Positions 1-15,050 of a stretch of DNA of 64,000 nucleotides are shown one piece after another. The first letter of the stretch is position 1. Each line of letters opens with the position of its first letter. Both the position numbers and the translations under genes were made by a program. The notes beneath the pieces were generated by a model. The model searched no databases, was not told the origin of the DNA, and was given only the letters and a program-made list of their open reading frames with translations. Source of the stretch: Octopus sinensis (Eukaryota); contig NC_043001.1 of the NCBI RefSeq assembly GCF_006345805.1, positions 93,744,001 to 93,808,000 on the forward strand. The letters are read 5' to 3'.

Positions 1-811
1 AACACACGCGTATTTATATGAATTTATTTATTTATCTACAAGTGTGTATATATATTTGAGTTTGTATGTATGTATATGTGTTTGTATTTATATATCTGTG
101 TGTGTGTGTGTGTGTGCGCGCTTCATATTCGGGTAGGAAATTGCAGTTTCTTATATATTTTGTTTCAAATAACAAGTTTCTTAAATAATTCTTCCTTTAA
201 CAAGCGTAATTATGTCAATGTCTTTCTTAACAGTTAATTAATGATAGTTCTTAAACGTTTTCAGTGTGGTAAATCTGATAATTACACTTGCAATTAGCAT
301 CCTTTGTTTTAATGGGAGAAATTCTACAACTTGCTAGGTGGCCATTTTAGCTCTAACTCACCACCGGGCCGATGTCTTTGTATCATACAACGGAAATATA
401 TTATTATATGCAACCAACATGTATTTCTTGTACTAATATTTCTCTCAGTTCCATGGCAAGTTGATTCCCATCGGTTGCCACGATTTCACGCTTGGTTGCA
501 CACAGGTATTACAACGAGAATATCCTCCACTCCTGACTACATAAGCACTAAAGATGAAACCGTTTAGTAGATACAAGCCTAAACCAAATTGCTATGAACA
601 CTTTCATTTCCTTTATATCATTATTTCTATCGTTTATTATTTTATAGCCTCTCATGTTTCCAATGCAATATTTGACAATGTCAGTAATGTTTATTAAGTG
701 AAATAGAATTATATTTCACTAAGAAACCATTACCTCGAATAGTGGTGAGTTATTGGTTTAATTGCTGAAGTTACTTTCTGATAATGTCCGCTATATTGCA
801 GTAATGCAAGC

Positions 812-1189
812 TTATGCAGCACTCAGCTGAAGGCAAATGTTTGTGAAGAGGTCTTAGTCGATGGTGATTATACTAGCTGTGAAGAGAAATATTGATGCTG
901 GAAATATGATGGCGAGGATGATGAGCAGTTCAGTTGATGTGGAGTACAATGTGAACCAGTATGGTGTTTCTTAGCATAATAATGATACATATAATGAACA
1001 TGGCAAACATGAAGACCCTACTGCTACTGATAGTAATGTGAAATTGTAATACTCAAGCATTAGGCGCAAGTAAAGCTGGACTAATTGAACAACTGTCGAG
1101 AGAGGCAGGGATAGAAGAGAGCAATAATGTGATTGCGCGTTAGAGAATGTATTGTGTGTTTAAGTTTGCTTTAACAATTCTCTCTATAC

Positions 1190-1229
<40 letters not shown>

Positions 1230-1587
1230 TATATATTATATATATATATATGTATATGCATATGATATAAGTATGTGTGTATATATGCTGTGTGTTCGTG
1301 TGTAAGAATGTATGCTTTTATTTGCGTGTATGTGTATGTATACGTCTATATGCGAGTAGAACCTGGAAACGGACTGTAGAATATAATTGGTAGGTACATA
1401 TTAATGAAGTTATCAAATTCTATATCGATTGAACCAGATAATTTGAGAGCGAGAAGTGCAGAATGAAAATAGAGCGTTGTAGAGAGAAATAGAGAAAAAA
1501 AAAAACAAAAAAAAAACAAAGGGAAGTGATGGACAATAATTTAAGGGAAAGGTAAAGAAATAAAATGAAAACAAGAGAAATGCTGAA

Positions 1588-1626
<39 letters not shown>

Positions 1627-3281
1627 GTGTGTGTGGTGTGTGTGTGTGTGTGTGTGTGTGTCTGTGTCTGTGTATGTATATAGACATATTGAAATAGAGA
1701 GAGAGAGTGAGGAAGCAACGAAAGAGGTATTGAGGAACGAGAGGTTGGAATTAAAGTGAAAGAAACACTGGGGAAGGAAATAAATGGGTCAAAGATATTG
1801 AAAGTTGTGTAGATTGGGGAGGGTGGACAGTCTATATCAGTGCAAAGGATTATGTGGAGGAAAAGGTGGAGAGAAACAGAATGAAGAAGAGTTAGGAAGA
1901 AATAGAAACAAGAATGACAGTAAACGAGGAGGTAAATATGTACAGGAGTAAGAATTATCCTCCATGTGATTCAGAAATAAGAATCATGGAGAAGTAGAAA
2001 GAAATAACCCTCGTTAATAAAAACACCGAACTACATACTAGAATTAACAAGGAATATATAAAAGGAAAGAAAACCAAATGGAAAAGTAATTTGTTGGGTG
2101 AACACTGTCGAAGTAAAGAATAAATCAGAAAAATAAGGTTACGTAGTGAACTTTCAGATTGTGAAATAGAAACTTTGGTTTATTGATGTGCTTGATGCTT
2201 GAGAATAGAAACATATGAATATGCACTTATGTTTTCAATTGTTTACTAGACAGAAAGAAGCAATTTAGTCGAGGGAAGTTTATAATTTGTGAACACCAAA
2301 ACGGCATCATATATACTATTTATAAGGAGACCAAATGTAATAGAGAAAAGTACAAGTTAGTTAGGTGTACAGTTGTTTAATATGAAGGGAATGTTCTTTT
2401 TATTTCGCTACTTCGTCAAGAAATAGAAATATAAAGACACTCATACTAAGCAGATTTATATCTACTTTCCCCCTAACACTGTATATAGTACAAAGCTTTA
2501 AAATCTGTTATATATCTCAGCTCAGGTAGCCTACGTCTGTCCGTCTGATTACCTCTCTCTCTCTCTCTCTACATATGTGTATAAGTCCGGTGCCTGTATG
2601 TGTGGGTGTGTGTCTGTCTTTGTGTGTGTGTGAGGGAGAGAGTGTGTGGGTGTGAGTGTCTGTATGCGTATATAAATAGCACAGATAAAAAAGTTAGGTG
2701 GGAGTATAGATGTTTGGTCCATTTGTATACAGCTGTTTTCATAATCCCTTTTAGTTACATAATAGATATTACATCAATATTCAACCTACATAAAATATGC
2801 GTNNNNNNNNNNNNNNNNNNNNNNNNNNNNNNNNNNNNNNNNNNNNNNNNNNNNNNNNNNNNNNNNNNNNNNNNNNNNNNNNNNNNNNNNNNNNNNNNNN
2901 NNTTATGCAGCACTCAGCTGAAGGCAAATGTTTTGTGAAGAGGTCTTAGTCGATGGTGATTATACTAGCTGTGAAGAGAAATATTGATGCTGGAAATATG
3001 ATGGCGAGGATGATGAGCAGTTCAGTTGATGTGGAGTACAATGTGAACCAGTATGGTGTTTCTTAGCATAATAATGATACATATAATGAACATGGCAAAC
3101 ATGAAGACCCTACTGCTACTGATAGTAATGTGAAATTGTAATACTCAAGCATTAGGCGCAAGTAAAGCTGGACTAATTGAACAACTGTCGAGAGAGGCAG
3201 GGATAGAAGAGAGCAATAATGTGATTGCGCGTTAGAGAATGTATTGTGTGTTTAAGTTTGCTTTAACAATTCTCTCTATAC

Positions 3282-3321
<40 letters not shown>

Positions 3322-3679
3322 TATATATTATATATATATATATGTATATGCATATGATATAAGTATGTGTGTATATATGCTGTGTGTTCGTGTGTAAGAA
3401 TGTATGCTTTTATTTTGCGTGTATGTGTATGTATACGTCTATATGCGAGTAGAACCTGGAACGGACTGTAGAATATAATTGGTAGGTACATATTAATGAA
3501 GTTATCAAATTCTATATCGATTGAACAGATAATTTGAGAGCGAGAAGTGCAGAATGAAAATAGAGCGTTGTAGAGAGAAATAGAGAAAAAAAACAACACA
3601 AAAAAAAACAAAGGGAAGTGATGGACAATAATTTAAGGGAAAGGTAAAGAAATAAAATGAAAACAAGAGAAATGCTGAA

Positions 3680-3718
<39 letters not shown>

Positions 3719-4878
3719 GTGTGTGTGGTGTGTGTGTGTGTGTGTGTGTGTGTCTGTGTCTGTGTATGTATATAGACATATTGAAATAGAGAGAGAGAGT
3801 GAGGAAGCAACGAAAGAGGTATTGAGGAACGAGAGGTTGGAATTAAAGTGAAAGAAACACTGGGGAAGGAAATAAATGGGTCAAAGATATTGAAAGTTGT
3901 GTAGATTGGGGAGGGTGGACAGTCTATATCAGTGCAAAGGATTATGTGGAGGAAAAGGTGGAGAGAAACAGAATGAAGAAGAGTTAGGAAGAAATAGAAA
4001 CAAGAATGACAGTAAACGAGGAGGTAAATATGTACAGGAGTAAGAATTATCCTCCATGTGATTCAGAAATAAGAATCATGGAGAAGTAGAAAGAAATAAC
4101 CCTCGTTAATAAAAACACCGAACTACATACTAGAATTAACAAGGAATATATAAAAGGAAAGAAAACCAAAGGAAAAGTAATTTGTTGGGTGAACACTGTC
4201 GAAGTAAGAATAAATCAGAAAAATAAGGTACGTAGTGAACTTTCAGATGTGAAATAGAAACTTTGGGTATTGATGTGCTTGATGCTTGAGAATATAAACA
4301 TATGATATGCACTTATGTTTTCATTGTATTGACTAGACAGAAAGAAGCAATTTAGTCGAGGGAAGTTTATAATTTGTGAACACCAAAACGGCATATATAC
4401 TATTATAAGGAGACCAATGTAATAGAGAAAAGTACAGTTAGTTAGGTGTACAGTTGTTAATATGAAGGGAATGTTCTTTTTATTTCGCTACTTCGTCAAG
4501 AAATAGAAATATAAAGACACTCTACTAAGCAGTTATATCTACTTTCCCCCTAACACTGTATATAGTACAAAGCTTTAAAATCTGTTATATATCTCAGCTC
4601 AGGTTAGCCTACGTCTGTCCGTCTGATTACCTCTCTCCTCTCTCTCTACATAGTGTATAAGTCCGGTGCCTGTAGTGTGGGTGTGTTTGTCTGTCTTTGT
4701 GTGTGTGTGAGGGAGAGAGTGTGTGGGTGTGAGTGTCTGTATGCGTATATAAATAGCACAGATAAAAAAGTTAGGTGGGAGTATAGATGTTTGGTCCATT
4801 TGTATACAGCTGTTTCATAATCCTTTTAGTTACATAATAGATATTACATCAATATTCACACCTACATAAAATATGCGT
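812..4878. repeat. ~2 kb direct duplication (812-2802 and 2903-4878) flanking a 100-N scaffold gap; probable assembly overlap artefact
   Basis: Sequence after the gap restarts at ttatgcagcactcagctg (812) and runs to cataaaatatgcgt. Copy 2 differs mainly by 1-nt deletions. Confidence 0.9.
2803..2902. other. Assembly gap (100 N)
   Basis: Run of 100 N. Confidence 1.
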
Positions 4879-4914
4879 ATAAATAATTATGGATCTGTAC
4901 CCTCAAGAGAGAGA

Positions 4915-4949
<35 letters not shown>

Positions 4950-5316
4950 CGAAAGAGAGACAGAGACAGAGAGGGTGAGTGATTGAGAGATGAGTGAGAT
5001 TGAGACAGAGTAATGCATCAATATTATAATTGGAAATGAAATTGCTATAGGTTCTGGGAACCACCAAGTGTATATTTATATTTCAGTTCCTCTTGCATTG
5101 CATAAAATGTCCCTTACTTATTTCTGTGTTGAAAGTTGTCAGCTTATTTCATACTCCTCGAATATCAAGAAATTAGAGTTTGCACATTAGACAGAGATAT
5201 ACAAATCTGTCGATCAAATTGAATAAATCCCCCAAAAAAAGAACAGTGTCGAGGTTCAATTTGCAAAGAATTATAACAATAAAAATACATACATGTCAAC
5301 ATAGATGCATGCAACA

Positions 5317-5351
<35 letters not shown>

Positions 5352-5507
5352 ATAGATGTGTGCGCGTGTGTATACTTTAATTATAAAAGGAAAAAGAAAA
5401 TAGAGTCTGCATTGCACTCGTCCCCTATTTTTCAGTAAAGAACATTATCTTGCCAATCGAACGCTCTAGAAGATGTTTACACACGCACGCAAACACGCGC
5501 ACACACA

Positions 5508-5560
<53 letters not shown>

Positions 5561-6539
5561 TGCTCAAGCACAGACATAAACTCACATACATATATGTGTG
5601 TATATAGAAATGTACGTATGTATATTTATCAGATATCACCACTTTCTGTTCATATTTGCCTGTGGTAATTGTCTTCTATGTTCACATGCTTTCATCTTTA
5701 TTTTAGCAGCTTTTAGTTCCCATTTTATCGTTTTCCTTTCACGAATTTTCATTCATCTTTCATTATTTTTCATTTGTGTAGTCACATCCGTTTTCTTCTT
5801 TTATATTCCCTGCATTTTACAATCATCTCTCCCTATTGATACTTACGTTTACTTTTATTTTACATTTGTGTCTTATCATCTCTCCACTGATATTATCTTA
5901 CTACATATTCCATTCTTTCTTATTTGAATTTTGTCATTACAACTTTCTAGCAATTTACATTTTTTTTTCTAACTTACTACGAACTTAACTTTTTCGTTCT
6001 GTTTGTTTCTTCGTAGTCTTCTATTTTCTCTTATAGCATTTTTCTTTTATCACCATGTTTGTATTCTTCATTTATTTACCCTCTTATCCTATATTTTTCT
6101 TTCCCTTCACATCTTTTTATTTGGTCTCGTGTTATTATTTACTTATATTTTGATCTATATTTATTTTAACATTTCCTTGTCGATTCTTTATTTTTTTCTA
6201 CAACGTCGTTCCGACTTCCTTTATATCATTATTTCTATCGTCTATTATTTCTTTTGCAATCTATTTAATGCTTTCCTCTCTTTTCTCTCTTACTTTTCTC
6301 ATACACACCCATATATCTTTCAGAACTACACGTTCATACACAAACACACACCTCTTTCGCAATCACTCTATTCCATTTGGTCTTTCCATCTGTATTTCGT
6401 CATATCGATCCGCCTAAGAATCTTTTTACGACTATCGACGTTAAAGAAGATCTGCACAAAAATATACTTAAAAAAAGCATAAAACGAAAATAGTTATGCC
6501 ACCATATTCTCTCTCATTTTCCACACATATCGCGCAATT

Positions 6540-6592
<53 letters not shown>

Positions 6593-6719
6593 CATACACA
6601 CGCATACATATATAAATATATAGATATATAATATAATAATATAATATACATACATAATATATTACTATATTATATATACACACATAATAATACATACATA
6701 TTATATATATATATATAGG

Positions 6720-6777
<58 letters not shown>

Positions 6778-6823
6778 TGTATATATATATATAATAACGT
6801 ATATATTATATGTATATATATAT

Positions 6824-6870
<47 letters not shown>

Positions 6871-6900
6871 ATATGTATATATATACATATACATATGTAG

Positions 6901-6945
<45 letters not shown>

Positions 6946-6990
6946 TATATCTATTTAATATATACATATGTATATCTATCTATGTATATA
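6540..6990. repeat. Compound (CA)n/(TA)n microsatellite
   Basis: Direct inspection. Confidence 0.95.
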
Positions 6991-7734
6991 TAGGGAAAGA
7001 GAGAGAGGCGGGGAATTTAGATATACAAATGCACTTATTCACAGACACACTCACACACAATTTGCATAGTTTCTTAATTTGGCAGACACTTCAATCGCTG
7101 TCAATTGGAGTTCGAAATGATTTCGTCATTTTTTGACACTATTGTCCCTTTAGCGGCGCACTGCGGAATTGAGGATAAGAGGATACGTTCCAATTATTTC
7201 GGCTCATACTGTATCACACATTTTTCCCTCTGTAATCCACATAGCAATCGCACCAAAGCAACGGTAGCTAGCTGCAACTGTAACCACTTCAATCATGTGG
7301 CAGTTCTTTTGTAGTTCTACTCGTTGTTGGCATTTGTTCCTTCCCTTCAGCTTGTCTGTTTTCCTTCTTTATGTCAATATTATATCCATGTATATTTTTT
7401 GAGTCTATGCACACGGCATATTTTTCATATTGATAGTGAAATATATGGATATTTACAAAAAAGTTTCCCAACCAATCATGAAGTTTTAAAAGCAAAGCTA
7501 CAAGTGAAATGAAAAAAGTAAGAAATACAGACATCTTTTTTCTTTTTTTTTTACGGATATCAGTAAATAGAAACGGACAAGTGTAAATGCTTAGAAACAA
7601 AGCATACAACATCAAATAAAATGGAAATAGCATTAGAAGACTTTTTTGAAGTACTGAACGTCAGACAGTATTGAACAATAACATTAGTAGCTTCATTAGA
7701 CGCCTGACACTTCTACTCCTCCTAACACAAAATG

Positions 7735-8060
7735 ATCATCATCATCATCATCATTTCCATTTCACGTCTCAGAGCTCTTGATTTCATTTAATTCTGTAAG
7801 AGCGGGCAACTACCTGTTGTCAAGGATCTCTTTGACAGGGTCCTTTTTCCACGATACTTAACATCGAAGTAACAATTTTGAAATTCCTCGCTATTCCCCA
7901 CTGAAGCATTATTTTTCTGAGCATGTTCTACTCACGTGTCAATCCCAATTTCTCCAATAAATGTCTCAAATCTGGTCGGTAATAATGCCGGTCGCCCTAC
8001 AACTACTGGGATGATAGTTAATTTCTTCACTGCCCACATTCGTGCAATCTCATCATCGCT
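7735..8060 (-). mobile_element. 3' end of an R4/Dong-clade (RLE-type) non-LTR retrotransposon, decayed, with a (GAT)n tail
   Basis: Minus strand translates DEIARMWAVKKLTIIPVVVG...FIGEIGID..VEHAQK, resembling the C-terminus of R4/Dong ORFs. Trinucleotide tail at 7735-7754. Confidence 0.7.
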
Positions 8061-8489
8061 GGTGCTTCTCAATCATTTCCACTCCGTTGTCCCACATTTG
8101 TACATCCCTAGGTATGTGTGTGTGTGTTGCATGCATCTATGTATGCATGTATGTATTTTTATTGTTATAATTCTTTGCAAATTCAACCTCGACATTGTTC
8201 TTTTTTGTCGGATTTATTCAATTTCAATTATTCAATTTGATCGAAAGATTTGTATAATCCTGGTTCCCGTCATCATTTTGTCAACTACGTCAATGTCTAA
8301 TCTCTGAGTATTAGTCACTGGATCACAATGGGATCGATCAGGCATCGGAAAAGGATTCTGGATTATTTTTCCCTTTTTTTTCTACTTAATTTTTGAGAGC
8401 GTTCGGGTTCATTTTTAGTATTCTCATTTGTGAGAGCAGTCAGGTTTATTTCAGATATTCACATTTTAAAAAATCCTCTCTGGCTAATC

Positions 8490-8640
8490 GTTGAGAGCAC
8501 GTTCGTGTTGCCTTTTCAGAGGTTTCTGCTTTCAGAGGTTTTTGCTCAATAAACACTCACAACGCCCGGTCTGGGAATCGAAATCGCGAGCCTACGACCG
8601 CGAGGAGTCCGCTGCCGTAACCACTGGGCCATTGCGCCTT
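8490..8640 (-). mobile_element. 5' part of a tRNA-derived SINE (family C, same as 33154)
   Basis: Minus strand reads ggcgcaatggcccagtggttacggcagcgg...ttcgattcccagaccgggcg (A/B-box-like) and matches the head at 33154. Confidence 0.75.
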
Positions 8641-8689
8641 CACACACACACACACACACACACCACACACCACGATATAATATTATATT

Positions 8690-8905
8690 CCTCTTTCTCC
8701 CTCCCTCTTCCCTTTCCCTCTGCTCCCTCACTCCTCTCTCCCCTTCTCTCCTCCCCCCTCCCCTCTTTCCTCCTTCACCCCTCTCCCCTTCTTCTCCCCC
8801 ATCGTCTCCTCTTCCCCTTCTCCTCCCTCTTCTTCCCCTCCCCTTCTCTCCCCCTCTTCTCCCCTCCCTTCTCTCCCCCCTCTTCTCCCCTCCCCTCTTC
8901 TCCTC
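8690..8905. repeat. Polypyrimidine (C/T) low-complexity tract
   Basis: About 215 nt of almost exclusively C/T. Confidence 0.9.
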
Positions 8906-8974
8906 ATACACAACATGACTTTACACATCACATCACATATGATGTGCCATACTATTACACACACCAACTAATAC

Positions 8975-9267
8975 ATACTAATACGTACTAGTACCCTAAT
9001 ACTTACACCAACCCTACATACACACGTCCAGACCCCCGCATACGCACTTATACTCTCTCTCACACACACACACAACCTTATACATACCAATACGTACTAA
9101 TACATACTAATACATAATACATACACCACCCCATACATACGCACGTCCAGACCAATCTTACGCACTAATACTCTCTCATACACACACACACCACACACAC
9201 ACACCGTATACATACTAATACATACACCAACCCTATACATACACACACCAGACCCTCCCACGCACTT
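8975..9267. repeat. Degenerate minisatellite, about 3 units of ~110-120 bp
   Basis: tactaatac...tacacc(a)accc..catac..ac(g)tccagacc..cgcact recurs three times. Confidence 0.7.
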
Positions 9268-9329
9268 TTAGCTGGCAATCAACCCTTTTATCAACCCTAT
9301 TATCTCCCTTATTTCGCTCTCGCGTCTCA

Positions 9330-9568
9330 TGTTTGATATTGACCTCTGGCCGAAATCAGATCGCCATGTTGATTCGTTAGCTACTGCACGCATTTTTTTC
9401 TCTCATTCTTTTGCTGTGTTTTTCTCTCTCTGTGTATCTTTCTGTTGAAGAGCGTAGGCTCAAACGTAAGACTGTTTTATTTATATTTCCTGAGCGCCAT
9501 ACTAATACACAATTGTTCGTTTGTCTTCCACCTGCCTTCGTCTTTTGTTTATTTTCATAAAGCTTCCG

Positions 9569-9570
<2 letters not shown>
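9330..9570 (+). mobile_element. Short Penelope-terminus-like element with a degenerate hammerhead (core CTGTTGA 9442-9448), ending in (TA)n
   Basis: tcttt CTGTTGA a gagc gtag gctc AAAC GTA agac (G12 deleted). Homologous to the copies at 29445 and 60211. Confidence 0.6.
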
Positions 9571-9602
<32 letters not shown>

Positions 9603-9692
9603 GCACATACACATACTACAATTGTTATGTTCGTCTATTATTTTTAGCTTCTTGTCCGTTTGATAGTTAAGTCCCACGGAATATATATATAT

Positions 9693-9742
<50 letters not shown>

Positions 9743-10772
9743 ATATGTGGTGTGTGTGTGTGTGTGTGTGTATGTGTGTGTGTGTATGTGTGTGTGTACT
9801 ATATTGCGATTGCATTAATAGGCCACAAACCAAAGCGAGATGATGTGTGAAATATTTCAATCATATGCATGCATTTTAAAGAGAGATACTAGGGTTATTT
9901 GAACTCTGAAGTCAGGTGTATAGGGTTACATATATCAAGGCATGACACCGGTTCTTCATTTTCCGTTCCTCTCACACCAATGTTGTACAACTAATATAAG
10001 TTCACTGCCAATAGCAGTCTCAATAAATATCCAATACATGGCTCTACGCTCCACTTTTATTATTCTGAACTTGCTACAACTGAAAATGTGTTTATTTATT
10101 TAGTTGTTTTTCTTCTTCCATGATTTTTCATTACTTGTCATGACGAATTGAATGCCATTGATCTTCACTTTGGGTCCTTTCTTCAAATATCTCAATTTAT
10201 TCGATTGTTTGATGTTGCTGTTGTTATTACTATTGGTATTTGTTTTTGCAATAGTTTATAGTTTTTCTTTTGTTTCATTCTGTTGATATTTTGTAGTAGT
10301 GAAGCGATGCATGTAATGTTATGGCTATTGTATTTCAGATGTCTTTAACTGCAGAGGTTTTGTGCTTAGAACGATGTCGTTTCTATCCTTTGACATGGTA
10401 TCTTGACTAGGTCTTTATATTGATGATTTTTAATGTTCAACTACATGAATAAGACAACCACATGCAAACATCGACCAGAAATATCATTCCATTTATTTTC
10501 TTATTTTAACATTTTTTTGTCAATCTTTTGTTGTAAGATTTATAACTTAGAATTTGTAACTTTATTTTTGCTTTTCCTTTGTTGAGTGAGAATTAACTAT
10601 GAATTTGATCAATTCTAACGATTACAAAGTTCTTTGCCTAATGCAATACTGTGGCTTACTTTGATGTCGATGTTGGTGGTATTGTGGCTGACAGAAGTGA
10701 TATGATGTCAGTTCCTATATTTTTAGCTTCGCTGCATTTAATTTCATAGCTGTAGCTCTGTTCTGTTATATG

Positions 10773-10902
10773 TTACTGTACATTCCGAGAAGATGCATTT
10801 GCGGTTGGCCAACGTCGTTGTGATTTCTGTTGACGATGATGAAACGCTTGATCTAGGTAGTGTTTAGACTGTAGTAGTGTTGCATTTAGTGGTGATGGAA
10901 CA
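10773..10902 (-). CDS. Speculative terminal coding exon (42 aa, VPSPLNATLLQSKHYLDQAFHHRQQKSQRRWPTANASSRNVQ*)
   Basis: Lies in unique sequence with the acceptor ttttctatcacgattag, one open frame to TAA, and AATAAA motifs further downstream. No homology recognised. Confidence 0.2.
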
Positions 10903-11471
10903 CTAATCGTGATAGAAAAATATCGTTTGAAATGAAGAGGATCATATAATGAAGAACACCAATCTAAATGGAAGTAAATATTACTCTAATAAATAAAACT
11001 AGAAACGTTGTTTTCTGAGAACAATAACTGAAACGACTTTCAACTAAGAAATCTTACTGTAATTTCGGTTGACTTGTCTTCTGTGGCATTTTCTTTCTTG
11101 AATACGCACTGTCATATATGCGGAAGCCTTTACGTTCTCACGAAATATTGTTTAACTAACATCCTCCGCTCTTTAAATGCAAAAAGAAGTAAAATCTAGA
11201 TAATGAAATCCTCGATATTCAAAATAATAGCGATTTTTTCCGGATCAAATGCATTTACGTATCTCAACAAATTGATGGATCATTGGATAAAGAAGAACAA
11301 CAAGAACATAATCGAACGCGTTTTATTTAACTGATATTACTTCACAATATTATCTGTGACTCCCTACTTGCCCATCATCCTTTCCCTTATATATACGTAC
11401 ATAAAAACATATGTGCGTGTGTGTATTATATATAATATATATATAATATATATATATATTATATATATATA

Positions 11472-11515
<44 letters not shown>

Positions 11516-11576
11516 ATTAGATAGATAGTTATAGGTATACGTATATGATGTCACATAAATACGCATGTATGTGACA

Positions 11577-11616
<40 letters not shown>

Positions 11617-12740
11617 CTATATGGCATTATTTTTCTTTCCCTTTCTGAAAAAAAATTCTGTTTTTATATACCTCGCTTCATGCATTGAAAAAAATTCTCT
11701 ATTTCACTTGTTTTTATTTGATTTTCACTTTCTTTCACACACTCTCTCTCTGTCTCTGTCTCTCTTTCTCTCTCCCTCTTCTGATCTCTGATTTTCCCTA
11801 ACTAATGATTCGTCTCAATGTGTTGTTCAGCCTCTCTTCTATATAACAAATTCCTCTCCACTCTTATTTTATCTCTTACTCGATTCATGCACTATTATTC
11901 CTCACCCTCCTCTTTCTCTCTCTACCTCACACTCTCATATATTATGATTTCCCTCGCATATTTCTATAAGTATTTCCTCTTGGATACTCCTTTACTGTTT
12001 ATCATGTTACCTTTGCCTTCTGTTTGCATTCTTTCTATTTTCCATGCAATTTTCATCAACATACTTCTAGAAACTCTTCCCAATTTTTCAAATACGCTGC
12101 AATATCTCTTTCTCATTTCTTTTCTCCAAACATCTAACAAATACCAACTTATCCCTATTTACTCCTGCCTGTGTATTTATCTTCTTTTACTCACACACCA
12201 TTAGACCAATTTCAAATTATTGATAGAACAAAGTTTGAAGAAATGTACAGAAATTATTCCCAAAGATAAAACACAAACAGAAACACACGCAGGAACGTAC
12301 ATAAATATTTATTTAGATATTTTTGCCAATGATTATAGACGTACTGATGTGAGAGGGGCAAGGTGGTGGTGGTGCTGTATTGTAGCTAAAACATAAAACA
12401 TTTTCCTATAATTGGAATCTAAGAAATACGGTGAAAATATTCTTTTGATAATAACCCATAAATATTTTTCTTTGATTATTGTATATTGTTAGGAACCGAT
12501 ATATCAGTAAACAATTCCATCATTGAACGTTTTAAAATCCAGATTTCAGTGAATGGCAAAGATATCAATAGCAAAAATACATAGATAAATATATAAATAA
12601 ATAACATAAACATTGGATTTGAAAGGAACCGCGTTTCAAGCATTTCTTTCGAGTTCTGAAAATTTTAACATCTATCTACACACCCACCTTGCGTGCATGC
12701 ATGTACGACTGTATTCATATATATTAATATATAATATATA

Positions 12741-12804
<64 letters not shown>

Positions 12805-13372
12805 CTATATATATATATAGTATGAATGTATGAATGCTTGCAAATATATATATATGTATATATATTTGCAAGCATTCATATATTCATACTATATATATTT
12901 AGATACATATATGTATATACGTATATATTTGTATTTATATATATATGTGTGTGTATGTATGCATGTTTGTATGTGTTTAGTCACGAGCAAGCGTGTATCT
13001 GTATGCGTATCTGCCGTGAGAGATGTAATTACACTTTCAAATCAACATTTATATTCATCATTTGCTCCGACGTGTCCTGCTTCACAATTTTCAATTTCAT
13101 TTTTGATACACTCACAAATATTAATTTTCCTTCGATATATTACCTTAATTAAGAAAAGTGTTCAATGGAGAATACAGCAAGCCATCATTCACCACACAAA
13201 CTTACACATACAAGCATAAATGTACACAGATGCATACATACATACACACACAACACACAACACACATATATATATAATATATATTATATATATAATATAT
13301 ATACTTATAATATATACACACACACACGTATATATATATACGCACATGCATACACACACATACATATATACT

Positions 13373-13408
<36 letters not shown>

Positions 13409-14404
13409 GAGCTGTGTCGATTCAGAGATTGTATGACTATACAGGAACCTCTCTATAAACTCGGCTAGAAATCCATATAGTAACCCGATATAACTGACAT
13501 CAGCCCTAGTGTTCAATTGGTACTTACTTTATCGACCTTCTATGCTCGATAAAGGTCAAGTCAACTAAGGAGGTCATAAAATCCTCTTCTTTGCAACTAT
13601 TAATTATGTTTCAAGTGATCAATGTCATCGTCAGAAAAAAAAACGCGATTTGAAGAATTGGATGACGTGACAAAGAATATGGAGTGTACTGGAACAAAGA
13701 CCGCGAGAGCTATATCTTTAGTCACAGCTAATCCTCAATACAAGAAAAGCTAGGACCTTGATTTCTTTTACAACACAAAGATTTTCAGGTTTCTTTTAAG
13801 AATAGGTTTCTTTTAACAATAATCAAAATGAATTCCAATGAAAGAAAAAATTGTAATTTAACCTCAGAAAAGGAAATTAAAAAATAAAATGCTTTTTGTG
13901 TTGTAAATTCATAATTTTACACTATATATACATTGGTGATGTGTGGAAAATTCCTAGACACTGTACCCCCCCCACACCAATAAAATTGAATCTAACTTCT
14001 TTTATAGACAAGAAGTTGTAAGAATACAGTTCAATTTAAACAGATTGTAATCAGAATTTCAACGTAAATTATATTGATTTGCAATCTACTTGAGATCCTT
14101 ATCATATTCCGTTGAAGTAGGCGAACTATGTTTAATTAGCATGAATATTTATTCCTTGAAACCATACTACCGTTATCATTGGTCTGAACACAATGCTTTG
14201 AAATGAACACATATATTAATTTATACGAATACGCATATATATATACATACATACATACATACAATATATGTATATATGTATATATCTATATCTATAGTTA
14301 TCTAACTCTCCATTATGAATAATATCAGAGGCAGTAACGACAGTTTTCTCGCTTTCGCTAACCTGAAACGTTTTAACAACAGTGATAATAACATTATTAT
14401 TATT

Positions 14405-14545
14405 ATTGTTGTCAGAATCATCAGCACGCCGGGCATATTACTTAGCAGCATTTCATTCGTCTACGTTCAGAATTCAAATTCTGTCGAGGATAGCTTGACT
14501 TCTTACCCTTTCAGAATTGATAAAATAAGAACAAGTTGAGCACTG
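14405..14545 (+). mobile_element. tRNA-derived SINE family A, diverged
   Basis: cagaatc..agcacgccgggc...gttcagaattcaaattc..gataaaataag matches the other family A copies. Confidence 0.75.
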
Positions 14546-14547
14546 TT

Positions 14548-15050
14548 ATTATTATTATTACTATTGAGTGAGAGAGCAGTGCATGCCATCAAAGTGACAC
14601 TGGGGTAAAATCTACGAAGCCCAGTATATCCATCATGACTACCCGTCTGATAAGGGTACACCAGGCACATGCATCACAACCATATGTGCGCGACATAGTG
14701 ATCTCATATCAAGATAAACAGCGCATGACCTTGCAGGTGGGGCCCAGTTAGAATTTTCTTCTGGTCGAGTAACCCATACCGCTCTAAAGGTCCCTGAATA
14801 AGGGTTGTTTAAGGATGTTCAACGAAACACCCATGTTTCTAGAGGTGAATTATTCAAACCCCAAAGAATCCCATTCAACACATGGCTATAATGCTCCCCC
14901 ACTACTTCTGCTCGTGATAAGAGATGTACATATCGTCAGCCACTCAGGGACATGCTCAACTGGTTAAGGTCAAACAACTGAGAAGCAAATCTGTGGTATT
15001 GAGCAGAATATTTGCTGTAGCCCATATTTTATAGCAAGACAAAACAAGAT
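14548..15050 (-). mobile_element. Unclassified ~500 bp retroposon-like repeat with a (TAA)n tail on the minus strand
   Basis: More GC-rich block bounded by a (TTA)n run at 14548-14560, resembling a LINE 3' UTR or SINE. No ORF. Confidence 0.5.
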
